Positions 9,862 through 18,449 of a DNA stretch of 64,000 nt are shown here, piece by piece. The position numbers and the translations under genes were made by a program. This stretch comes from Escherichia phage vB_EcoP_DE5. The notes beneath the pieces are model-generated. The model ran no database searches. It was not told the DNA's origin and saw nothing but the letters and a program-made list of their open reading frames with translations. The number at the start of each line of letters is the position of its first letter. Position 1 is the first letter of the stretch. Location: sequence record MW741821.1; one strand, given 5' to 3'.

Positions 9862-10224
9862 CTATTGGTTTTTAATCAACTCGATCGATTTACGGATATA
9901 GAGAATATCTCGGAAGTTTCGATAGTTGTTCATAAATTGATGCTTCTGAAACTCTGCTTCAAGTAGGGCTTCTTTAGCACTTTCGTAGTTCTTACGGGCA
10001 AGATGTACAACCCGCTCCGGTAACATATTTGCACGACGGATGATATACTTGTGAGCTTTCATGTTGCTTTGCTCACGAGTAATCTTACCTTTAGCAACTT
10101 TGATACCATTTGCAATCCAAGCAAGTTCTTGCTCAAGCTCATCGTTGGACATTCCACCGAGATTTGATGCAACCTTGTTCAGAGTTTCAATATTAACGTT
10201 GCCCTTAATGGGACGTGTATTCAT
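9862..10224 (-). CDS. hypothetical protein (120 aa)
   Basis: ORF at head of the operon, same strand. Confidence 0.45.
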   Translation of the reverse strand: MNTRPIKGNVNIETLNKVASNLGGMSNDELEQELAWIANGIKVAKGKITREQSNMKAHKYIIRRANMLPERVVHLARKNYESAKEALLEAEFQKHQFMNNYRNFRDILYIRKSIELIKNQ

Positions 10225-10398
10225 ACTTACTCCTGTTGTTTACACTCGTCAATAACCCACTGATAAGTGGATTGCCCAGAAAAGAAACACTGAATAAATC
10301 CAGATGTTCTCTGCGTTACCAGTGCTAGTGCACAAATCACTACCGCTGCTGCTAGCAGTTTTAAATCTAATTTAGACATATTTCCTCTCATTGAATTT

Positions 10399-10423
10399 AA
10401 AAAAGGACTCTCCGAAAAGAGTC
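10399..10423 (-). terminator. putative intrinsic terminator
   Basis: GACTCT-CCGAAA-AGAGTC hairpin followed on minus strand by a run of six U. Confidence 0.4.
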
Positions 10424-10615
10424 AAGCTTTAAATCCAAAAAAGATATTACCCAATATCTGTGGATAACCTGCTCTTAAAATATCTATCCGACGGATGTTC
10501 GAGGAATATTCCTCTCTTTAGCATCGGCCCCATACGGGAAATATATTAAGATTAGGTTAGTTGAGTCAGAATAACTCACATAGCCCTCCGAAGAAGGCTA
10601 TAGGCGTTACTACAA

Positions 10616-10834
10616 CTAAAAATCACCTGATTTTACAAAATCATCACTAAGAATTTCGTCAATCTCTTTGCCGGTCAAATCTTTCCTGAACCAGCAACAA
10701 GGAACATTCACCCATTGACCAGAGTTGTTCTCTACAGAGCATAGATTCCCTGTCTTACTCTTGCATTTATAAGATTTTCCTTTATCTAGGCGATAGTGTA
10801 ATCTGTAAACTACAGACACAAGTGTTATCATCAC
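10616..10834 (-). CDS. hypothetical Cys-containing small protein (72 aa)
   Basis: ORF; 4-nt overlap with upstream ORF. Confidence 0.35.
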   Translation of the reverse strand: MMITLVSVVYRLHYRLDKGKSYKCKSKTGNLCSVENNSGQWVNVPCCWFRKDLTGKEIDEILSDDFVKSGDF

Positions 10835-11064
10835 TCACCTTTCTTAGCACGATCTTTGGCAGTTTTGCCAGTGCGGATGCGATGAGAAACGTTAACCAGA
10901 GTGCCACCATCAACTACGGTAACGCTCTTATTTTTAGCCAGATCAAACACAGTCTTCTCTGTACCACCCAAGCGAATTTGCTTAGGTTCGCTGAAGGTTT
11001 GGGTTGATTTGGATTGGAACTGAAACGGTTGACGGATTGCATCGATTGCGCTTACTTTAGACAT
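10831..11064 (-). CDS. hypothetical basic small protein (77 aa)
   Basis: ORF in minus-strand array. Confidence 0.4.
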   Translation of the reverse strand: MSKVSAIDAIRQPFQFQSKSTQTFSEPKQIRLGGTEKTVFDLAKNKSVTVVDGGTLVNVSHRIRTGKTAKDRAKKGE

Positions 11065-11083
11065 AGGGGAAATTCCTTAAAAA

Positions 11084-11105
11084 ATTATGGCTGCGTAGAG
11101 GGAAT
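11084..11105. repeat. near-perfect 22-bp palindrome centred on GAATTC
   Basis: GCGTAGAGGGAATTCCCTACGC; inner GGGAATTCCC is self-complementary. Confidence 0.6.
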
Positions 11106-11296
11106 TCCCTACGCAAATCGGGCCGCCCACAGAGAGGCGTCATAGTACTAAAAGGAGGAGAGAAGAGGGCTTATTTAGCTACCTTTTTCTGTCCGTTTAC
11201 GAACCAGATAATTGAACCGTCAGGCTGTCGTTGACCGAAGCCTTTCTGGTTAATCATATCGTCATAAGAATATGCTTTACGTCTCATTTGTTTTCC

Positions 11297-11551
11297 CTAC
11301 GAAGTTAAGATGATTTCAGCCTTAATAAACTTCTCACCAACAACCATATCACCAGAGATGACACGTAGTTCTCCAGTGCCTAGGTTAACAGCTCCAGCAG
11401 GTTGACAACCCCTGCTTTTAGCTGTCATCATATAAACCTTTTGATTTTGGCACTCTTGGAGAGTGAACACATCTGACATATTTAGATCTCTGACGCGGAG
11501 GATTTTTTCCTCTTTGTCTTTAACTTTAATGTTAATAATGCTCATATGCAC
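11297..11551 (-). CDS. small paralog-family protein (84 aa)
   Basis: One of four back-to-back ORFs of about 80-84 aa with shared MK.. N-terminus and similar size. Confidence 0.45.
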   Translation of the reverse strand: MHMSIINIKVKDKEEKILRVRDLNMSDVFTLQECQNQKVYMMTAKSRGCQPAGAVNLGTGELRVISGDMVVGEKFIKAEIILTS

Positions 11552-11796
11552 TACTCCTGAACCACTGACATACGAATCATTTCTACCTGATCATCAAGAC
11601 CTTTAACAGATAACATACCTGTGGAAAGGTTTACCACAGGAACCCAACCACTGGCTATACGGATGTTACCAGAAGCATTTTCAACCCTCATGTAATACTG
11701 AGGAGAGGCACTTCCGTTCTGAACCACGAAAGGGTTTCCGGGAATGATTGTTTCCAATCGTACCGTATTATCCTTTTTCTTTGGGATGATTTTCAT
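11551..11796 (-). CDS. small paralog-family protein (81 aa)
   Basis: Tandem array member; start/stop overlaps with neighbours. Confidence 0.45.
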   Translation of the reverse strand: MKIIPKKKDNTVRLETIIPGNPFVVQNGSASPQYYMRVENASGNIRIASGWVPVVNLSTGMLSVKGLDDQVEMIRMSVVQE

Positions 11797-12044
11797 TGCG
11801 TATTATCCACCAAAAGTTCTGCTGATACAGGAACAACTCGGCACCAGATAGAAGGTGCTGTTACGTTACCATCGGATAGACGAAGAGTAATTGTTCGATC
11901 AGAGTTAACGGTTACATTAGGACTTTCAGACACAGACCCTTTAACATAGAGAGTAGCACTCTCAGGGAATTTAAACACTGCTCCGCTGGGGAGGGAGTTG
12001 AGATCAATCGTGGTCACTTCTTCTTTCTTGTGGGTAATCTTCAT
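11793..12044 (-). CDS. small paralog-family protein (83 aa)
   Basis: Tandem array member; ATGA-type overlaps. Confidence 0.45.
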   Translation of the reverse strand: MKITHKKEEVTTIDLNSLPSGAVFKFPESATLYVKGSVSESPNVTVNSDRTITLRLSDGNVTAPSIWCRVVPVSAELLVDNTQ

Positions 12045-12295
12045 TTAGAATCCTTAATAACGTTAGCTTCAACCTTAACAGGAATAACAGAGATGCCCTC
12101 AACGGGGCCACTTAAGTGTCCATCTTCCAGTCTGACACACACGACTCGATCTCGTGCAACTTCTACCCAATTAGTAGATGCCGCAGTACAGACCATATGA
12201 ATTGGACCGTTCTCTTCCAGCCGGAAGGTATCGCCCTTCTTCAGAGTGTGGAGTTTCACAGTCTTGATAGTTTTGTTCAATTCGTTAACTTTCAT
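12041..12295 (-). CDS. small paralog-family protein (84 aa)
   Basis: Tandem array member. Confidence 0.45.
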   Translation of the reverse strand: MKVNELNKTIKTVKLHTLKKGDTFRLEENGPIHMVCTAASTNWVEVARDRVVCVRLEDGHLSGPVEGISVIPVKVEANVIKDSK

Positions 12296-12303
12296 ATTGA
12301 TTC

Positions 12304-12615
12304 CTATTTAAGTTTGAGGCTAATGTTAAGGTGCATACATGCTCTGTTCTGTACAGCAGCATAACTTCTACCGAGCATGTCAGCCATTCTCTGAATAGAC
12401 ATGAACCCAGCATTACGGATAAGGAACTGGTCCTCTTCTTCAGACCATTTAACTCGGATTGAAGCTCTTGATATGCCGAATTTAGTGCAAGCTGTGTTAA
12501 CAGCATTCTCCGTTACATTCATAATCTGAGCTACTTCTTGAACCGAGTACTCTTTGATTAGTCTCCGAAGATTTTCAATCTGCATCGGAGTCCATATAGT
12601 TCTTCGTGCTTTCAT
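12304..12615 (-). CDS. putative DNA-binding protein with two tandem HTH-like repeats
   Basis: Internal duplication: WTPMQIENLRRL...VQEVAQIMNVTENAV and WSEEEDQFLIRN...IQRMADMLGRSYAAV, resembling Myb/SANT or sigma region-4 HTH units. Confidence 0.45.
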   Translation of the reverse strand: MKARRTIWTPMQIENLRRLIKEYSVQEVAQIMNVTENAVNTACTKFGISRASIRVKWSEEEDQFLIRNAGFMSIQRMADMLGRSYAAVQNRACMHLNISLKLK

Positions 12616-13293
12616 ACATCCTCCAATTAATTGTTAAAACTATCAGGGGAGAACACTAGCTCTGGGCCACGCTGTAGATATTGGCCTACCTTCCACAGCT
12701 AATCAGCTAATATACTCCCCTAATAGTTTATGAATAGGGGGAGGGGACGAATCCTCCCTTATCCTATTAGTTAATATTGCATGTAAGATCTAACAATCGG
12801 TTGCCTTTGTAGGAATAAGCGTAAAGCCAATCCAGCACTAAACTCCCGCCCCCTTAGTGGGCTGGGTTATTAAAGGGTAACGCCCTTATGGGCTAGTTAC
12901 ATGAATGTTAGTTTGATAGGAGATCTGAAGTCCTATCTCAAAGGACTCTCGTAAGAATCCTTCACGATATTACTTATTCATCTCTCGTCGGCTATCTCTC
13001 CAAGCCAACCAAGTGTAGGTTTTCAGTTCTTCAAAGTCTTCTGGAGAGAATAGATACTCTTTGAAGGTGTTCCCAAACCACTCTAAAAATTCTTCAGTCA
13101 TAAGATTCTCTTAACAAGATTGGTCACACGGCTGATCACCACATGTTTTACAGATCACTGGTGAGTAACTACAGGCAGGATAAACAGACACCCCATCAAA
13201 CGTCTCACATCCACAATCAGGACATGTACCGTTGGATTCCATGTCATCATCGTCATCTACTTCACCGCCACCAAAACAACTCATACAGGCTCC

Positions 13294-13515
13294 TTAGTAA
13301 ACTAAACCTGTAGCCTTTGCATCAGGCTGAGGGACTACTTTTGCACTAGGGCGATAGCCATCCACTGAGCCGTTCCAAAGATTGACACAGGTGATATATC
13401 CATCGTCTATGATGTCTGTTTTAATCCAGAAGTGTTTATCATGACCAAAAATACTTCCGTTTGGCAGCGTGGACAATTCAACAGTTTTAAGTGACTGCTT
13501 AGAGTCTAGTTTCAT
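13294..13515 (-). CDS. small paralog-family protein (73 aa)
   Basis: Resembles 16007-16225 product (G..F...D..FW.....DG......L..GSV......VVP.PD). Confidence 0.45.
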   Translation of the reverse strand: MKLDSKQSLKTVELSTLPNGSIFGHDKHFWIKTDIIDDGYITCVNLWNGSVDGYRPSAKVVPQPDAKATGLVY

Positions 13516-13723
13516 ATAAGTTCCTTAATATACCAAACCATGTAAAAGAAACATCCTCTTTGTAAGCTCTGCTTTAGCTCTGTAATAAGCCTTAGAACCT
13601 AACAGGCGGCTCTTAACAAAGAACTTAATGTCATTGCTAACATCTTGTATTAAACGCTCCTGTACAGTTTCTGAGGAGTTATTAATCGAATCAATTAACA
13701 CCTTTGTAGATGTGTAATTCATA

Positions 13724-14023
13724 TCACCACTCCTTACCGGTTGTAATCGTAGAGCCACCACACCACAATGCTGTATCAATAACAACATTATCCGGTGTAG
13801 ACTTCTCTTCGTTGATAGAAGGGTTAGCATTAGAACAGGTTGCTCCGTTCCATCGCATATCAATTTCACCAGAAGGAATCTTCTCACCCTTATGCCAGCG
13901 AGAAACACAAACACCTTCCACTGCTACTGCACACCATCCATCAGGACGGCTCTGTACGCAGCCTGTAAGGGCTATGCAGACAAGGAAGATACAGATTAAG
14001 GATATTACACCACCCCAACTCAT
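13724..14023 (-). CDS. putative lipoprotein (99 aa)
   Basis: Hydrophobic N-terminal segment ending in lipobox-like LTGC, then Cys-rich soluble part. Confidence 0.5.
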   Translation of the reverse strand: MSWGGVISLICIFLVCIALTGCVQSRPDGWCAVAVEGVCVSRWHKGEKIPSGEIDMRWNGATCSNANPSINEEKSTPDNVVIDTALWCGGSTITTGKEW

Positions 14024-14162
14024 AATTACCTCCTATTAGATTTGGTGGACTATCTGGAATCGAACCAGAAGCTCACTAAGAAAGTAATTCCCACTGTTAT
14101 AAAAGCACTTGCCTCAACAGGGATACACTAACTCTGGTGCCGCACCCATACTAGCCCTAAAT

Positions 14163-14238
14163 GTGGTGCGCCCTACAGGACTCGAACCTGTAACCAATAG
14201 CTTAGAAGGCTACTGCTCTATCCATTGAGCTAAGAGCG
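14163..14238 (-). tRNA. tRNA-Arg (anticodon UCU)
   Basis: Hand-folded 76-nt cloverleaf on minus strand: acceptor GCGCUCU/AGGGCGC, D-arm GCUC/GAGC, anticodon stem GUAGC/GCUAU with loop CUUCUAA, T-arm ACAGG-UUCGAGU-CCUGU, discriminator A, encoded CCA. Confidence 0.75.
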
Positions 14239-14414
14239 CAGAATTATTTAGATCATATCTCGCTTGGTGATATGACCACATGTTTTACATCGAAGTATAT
14301 AACGAGTACCTGTGTCTTCTATTTGACCAATCTCATTATATATGTGTAAACGAACTTCTTTTATTGTCTCCCAATCATGCAGATGGAATAGACGTTTAAA
14401 CCACTTGAACATAA

Positions 14415-14708
14415 TTACACCACCTCAACGAGAGATGTTTTCCATGCAAACAGAGGTCCATTATCGTTAAGATAAACAGCTCCTCCCGTCTCGAACGGAG
14501 TCCCATAAGGAAGTGCCCAAGCATACCCACGAATTTCTGGCTTATGGGTAAACCCATATACCTCGCCGTTGCTATCAGTTGCTAAATATCTTATAGAGCT
14601 GTCCACTTTAACAACTTCGCCAAAATATTTAACCTCTTTTCCTTTCATATTAACCTCAAGCACAAGCAGGGAGTGTGATGATTTTATGCTTACCATCAAA
14701 TTCTCCAA
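14415..14708 (-). CDS. hypothetical protein, paralog of 14656-14907
   Basis: Shared Y.A.D..G.V pattern with neighbour; true start probably internal. Confidence 0.4.
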   Translation of the reverse strand: MENLMVSIKSSHSLLVLEVNMKGKEVKYFGEVVKVDSSIRYLATDSNGEVYGFTHKPEIRGYAWALPYGTPFETGGAVYLNDNGPLFAWKTSLVEVV

Positions 14709-14907
14709 ATAAACCTAAGAATGTGGGACTGTAAGTTCCAGTACAAACAAACTCATCAAACAATGCGTTATAACTAGGCTTGATCTTCCAAGCCCATACA
14801 TAACCCATCTTGTCAATTGCAATGTAACGAGTGTTCAGAGGAACAGTCATCATTATACCATCAACTTCGATCACTTTAGTGATTGGTGCAGCTTGGAAGT
14901 TTTTCAT
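14656..14907 (-). CDS. hypothetical protein, paralog of 14415-14708
   Basis: ORF; similarity by eye to neighbour. Confidence 0.4.
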   Translation of the reverse strand: MKNFQAAPITKVIEVDGIMMTVPLNTRYIAIDKMGYVWAWKIKPSYNALFDEFVCTGTYSPTFLGLFGEFDGKHKIITLPACA

Positions 14908-15072
14908 ACTTTACCTTTGATAAAAATGTCATTACCACAGACACAGCATGAACGAACAACAGTAGCGCCACGCTGAACAATACGAACCTCTTCCTTAACC
15001 AGACTAATACGAGCACCGCAGCAAGGAGAGTTGACATAAGAGTAACCAGCTTGCGTATGTTTGATTATTTGC

Positions 15073-15486
15073 TTAGACATTTGATTCTAGATCTCTTAGT
15101 TGTTCAGCCAATTGTTCGCATTCATTAACGCAGAACTCTTCTGTTCTTGGTATCCCGTTAGGGTTGAACCGTGTCTTATCACCTGCATGGGCACAATCAA
15201 ATCCGATTGTATCTAAACCACCCATCTCTTCAAGGGTGTCTTGCCATGTGACACCACCATGAACACTTACATAACAAACCTCTTCCTTTCCGTTATATCC
15301 GGTGAAGTTTTTATGTTTTAAGCTGTCTGGTAGCTCTACATATCCACAAAAATGGGAGTCGTTCATGTGCATAATCACAGCACGAAGACCTGATTTAGTG
15401 ACCCAATCTTTAACCATGCGTCTCATATAAGCACCTCTTGTTAGTTTAAGTAAGAGTTGTCCCTTAATTAAAACAACAAAGGCCAC
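15073..15486 (-). CDS. hypothetical protein (137 aa)
   Basis: ORF with conserved-looking VSVHGGVTW and GFDCAHAGD segments; function not recognised. Confidence 0.45.
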   Translation of the reverse strand: MAFVVLIKGQLLLKLTRGAYMRRMVKDWVTKSGLRAVIMHMNDSHFCGYVELPDSLKHKNFTGYNGKEEVCYVSVHGGVTWQDTLEEMGGLDTIGFDCAHAGDKTRFNPNGIPRTEEFCVNECEQLAEQLRDLESNV

Positions 15487-16006
15487 CCGAAGGCAGCCTT
15501 TTATTTATTAACTGTTATACGTCCAATTACCTTGCTTGTTACGGATGGCTGACATTGCATGAATCCAAAAGCCTTCCAGTTTCAGAGCACCATTAGCTAC
15601 TGCATCCATACGTTCAGGGCGGTTCATACGTTTGGTTGATACTTTCATACCTATCTCTCTTTGTTAGTGGAGGCATTATTGCCAGTTGATATAAGGGATA
15701 GCCCTAGTCAGTAGACTAACCCTGACCGCGTACTCATTGCCGACCTTCTCTGCCTAAGAGTTCAGGTTCTAGAGCTATCTCTTATTCCAACTGGTGAAGA
15801 CTCCCTACCCCTAGGAAGTCTCCTGAATCCCAAACCAATACGTACCCCTACATATCGGAAAGTCTTTCGAAAATTAACAGGTTTTAGTCTAACACCGGAT
15901 GTTCGAGCAAGCTCTCCCTAGCGGTGTGGCATATGCCTGAATTAATAAGTTAATGAGGAACACCCTCACATAGCCCTCTGATAAACACAAGGGCTATAAG
16001 TCGGTG

Positions 16007-16225
16007 TTACTTTTGGGATAAACACAGATCAGGTCGTGGCATAACAGTGGTTGATAGACCGAAGACTTCAACAGAACCACTGCTCAAGTTAGCAGCCTTA
16101 CACAAACCATCAGGGGTTTTATCTTCTAGCATCAGCCAGAAACGTTTATCATAAGAGAAAACATCACCACCTTTAACGTCCTCTGCATTTGCATATTTAG
16201 GATAATCAACTACTTTAATTTCCAT
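16007..16225 (-). CDS. small paralog-family protein (72 aa)
   Basis: Similar to 13294-13515 product. Confidence 0.45.
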   Translation of the reverse strand: MEIKVVDYPKYANAEDVKGGDVFSYDKRFWLMLEDKTPDGLCKAANLSSGSVEVFGLSTTVMPRPDLCLSQK

Positions 16226-16235
16226 CTAATTGCCC

Positions 16236-16454
16236 TTATTGATATATAGAAAGGTGGATAAGTTTATTAACATGAGCGAAGTTAGGAAGGATTTGCATCT
16301 CATTGTTGAAGATATTAAAACAACGAACCCCGCCCTCTACAGCATAAGCAGATTTCTGAAACAGACTGCCTCCCCACACAAATACATCATGTGTTTCAAG
16401 AGATCGTAACTGAACAGCCTCGTCAACAACCTTCTTTTCAATGTTCATATTCAC
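16236..16454 (-). CDS. small protein (72 aa)
   Basis: Tandem array member. Confidence 0.4.
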   Translation of the reverse strand: MNMNIEKKVVDEAVQLRSLETHDVFVWGGSLFQKSAYAVEGGVRCFNIFNNEMQILPNFAHVNKLIHLSIYQ

Positions 16455-16702
16455 TTCCGATTGGTAATTACTGCATCATGGATAACTGAAACAGGTAAGT
16501 TTGAATCTAGCTTCATTACTTGATTGGTGCTTAAACTGAGCACTACACAACCATTCCGAAGATCAGTCTCTGACACATGTGGTGTATATAACTGAACGAT
16601 CATGTAATAATCAATACATGTTGCCTTAACTTGGAATACATCACCAAGTTTCAAATCACCCACACACAATTCTTTAGCTTTCATCTCAAGATCAATCTTC
16701 AT
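16451..16702 (-). CDS. small paralog-family protein (83 aa)
   Basis: MK start, L.LGDVF motif shared with 11297-12295 family; 4-nt overlap. Confidence 0.45.
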   Translation of the reverse strand: MKIDLEMKAKELCVGDLKLGDVFQVKATCIDYYMIVQLYTPHVSETDLRNGCVVLSLSTNQVMKLDSNLPVSVIHDAVITNRK

Positions 16703-16928
16703 CTTTAGCCTCTATGTTGGTTATGTGAAGATCACTACGTACTTGGCAGACTTCATCCCGTTTAAAAGGCATGAGCTTTCCAGTTACCACATCAACACAG
16801 TTGACATAATTGTCTGCGTACAATGTGTCGGTTCTGATGTAAAGGGATTCTTTACGCTCAAACAGAACCCCCGGCTTCATGTTATTTAAGCGAAGCATTG
16901 TACGATCGGATTTAATATTAACTTTCAT
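16692..16928 (-). CDS. small paralog-family protein (78 aa)
   Basis: Tandem array member with overlapping start/stop. Confidence 0.45.
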   Translation of the reverse strand: MKVNIKSDRTMLRLNNMKPGVLFERKESLYIRTDTLYADNYVNCVDVVTGKLMPFKRDEVCQVRSDLHITNIEAKDED

Positions 16929-16930
16929 CT

Positions 16931-17245
16931 TTAATCCACCTTATTGGTAAGTCGAGCATTATCAACTACCTGAACAACAGTATCTTTTCTCAACATTGTT
17001 ATTCTATCCGAAGTGAGATCTACTACTACTCTTTCGTCAGGCTTCCAACTAGCTGAATAAACGGTTGAGGAATCTAGCTTTACTGTAAGATATATTTTAT
17101 TTTTAGGTGGAACAGTTTCAAAAACACTCCCCACCTTCAGGTCTTTCAGTTGCTTGACTACAGGGGCTGTATTAATATCATGCTTCATTGTTAATCTCCT
17201 GCTGTTTAGCAATAGCCACTCGCAAGTCTTCATTAGCACGAGCAA
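16931..17245 (-). CDS. small paralog-family protein (start probably internal at MKHDIN)
   Basis: L.DLKVGSVF motif as in family. Confidence 0.4.
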   Translation of the reverse strand: MLVLMKTCEWLLLNSRRLTMKHDINTAPVVKQLKDLKVGSVFETVPPKNKIYLTVKLDSSTVYSASWKPDERVVVDLTSDRITMLRKDTVVQVVDNARLTNKVD

Positions 17246-17474
17246 GGCGTAACACTTCGTGGTTGAGGTTCTGAAGACGCTTGTTTCTGTCCTCTACTTG
17301 CATAATAAGATCATTAAGTGTTACTTTAACTTTCTCATTATACATCTCATCCACTCGAACTAGGGATTTATACATTCTCTCCCAGCTTGCTGCTTTGTTT
17401 CTGAGAATAATAAATCCTAGAACGCTGATAGTTAAACAGCTTACAAAAAGGAATTTATATACTTCTAAAGTCAT
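17178..17474 (-). CDS. membrane-anchored coiled-coil protein (98 aa)
   Basis: N-terminal hydrophobic helix followed by charged heptad-like region. Confidence 0.4.
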   Translation of the reverse strand: MTLEVYKFLFVSCLTISVLGFIILRNKAASWERMYKSLVRVDEMYNEKVKVTLNDLIMQVEDRNKRLQNLNHEVLRLARANEDLRVAIAKQQEINNEA

Positions 17475-17673
17475 ATTATTTACCCTTTATCAGAGATTAA
17501 AAGTAATATTATTTAAGTAAGTTATATTTAGTAAACTTATTTTCTAAGAAATTTTCAAAGGGTCTATATACAGAGCATTACCCATAGTCCCAGAATACTG
17601 CCATCTTTTTCAATAAATTTACTAAGTGGTTGGTTTATAAAGGAATTTAGTTTGTCAAATCTGGCACTAGTGA

Positions 17674-18063
17674 TTATTCCCTAGAGCTATTATCGAACAC
17701 TAAATCACCACAATACATAGGATTGGCATACCATTTTGGCACCCCTTCGCTCTTACTCTGAAAGTAAGTCCCACTGTACAGCGGAACATAATTCTTCTTA
17801 AGGGCACGTTTAGCTAGCCTCTCGCTTTCTCCAATGGCTTGCTTAGTCATCGGATTTTTATCACGAATCAGCTTTACATAACGTTTATAAGGTTTCTCCT
17901 GTTTTAATAGTACCGGAATCCACTCAAACTGGTTCTTTTGTCTTATCACCTGTTCAGCGGTCAGTTTTCGTTGGGCCATTCTATTTATCACGGTATCCGC
18001 AACTAAAGCCTTACATGCGGTTGGCTGATTCCCTGCCTCATAATAAATAGTCAATGTCAACAT
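17674..18063 (-). CDS. cell-wall hydrolase, SleB/CwlJ-like
   Basis: YYEAGNQ...ALVADTVINRM...QKNQFEW...PKWYANPMYCGDLVF matches the Hydrolase_2 pattern. Confidence 0.55.
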   Translation of the reverse strand: MLTLTIYYEAGNQPTACKALVADTVINRMAQRKLTAEQVIRQKNQFEWIPVLLKQEKPYKRYVKLIRDKNPMTKQAIGESERLAKRALKKNYVPLYSGTYFQSKSEGVPKWYANPMYCGDLVFDNSSRE

Positions 18064-18112
18064 TAGCTGTGCCGTTGTTATCAGAACTTGATACCTCCTG
18101 TTTTACGGGCAT

Positions 18113-18138
18113 AAAAAAGCCCCAGCCGTAGCCGGGGC
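18113..18138 (-). terminator. putative intrinsic terminator
   Basis: GC-rich hairpin (GCCCCGGC/GCUGGGGC, one mismatch) followed on minus strand by six U. Confidence 0.5.
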
Positions 18139-18449
18139 AAACCTGAAAGCAACACATGACCGTTGCTATAAATACACTCGCAAATGCACTTACAGCAACG
18201 CAAAAAGCCGCTCAAAGGCGGCTATGCGGAAGCTTCAAATGGGGAGAGGGCACGACGCGACAGAAAGAGCGTCATAGTACTAAAAAGAGAGGCTATTGGA
18301 GAGGTTACTTATTGCCTTCCTTAATGCCTTGTTTTCTTGTTTAACCAATTCGTTTTCTTCTTGCAAGGATGCTACCAGATGGACCAGAACATCAACTACT
18401 GCATCACCTTGCCGCATCTCTCTGACTTTATTTAGAATCTCTGAATAAA

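Noticed and set aside
13525-14039. ORFs 13525-13914 (minus) and 13710-14039 (plus) overlapping the lipoprotein gene
   Set aside because: They overlap a better-supported ORF (signal peptide/lipobox) in other frames or strands and lack an RBS.
18156-18344. 62-aa plus-strand ORF
   Set aside because: Antisense to a minus-strand intergenic segment containing a conserved element and a better small minus-strand ORF (about 18269-18442).
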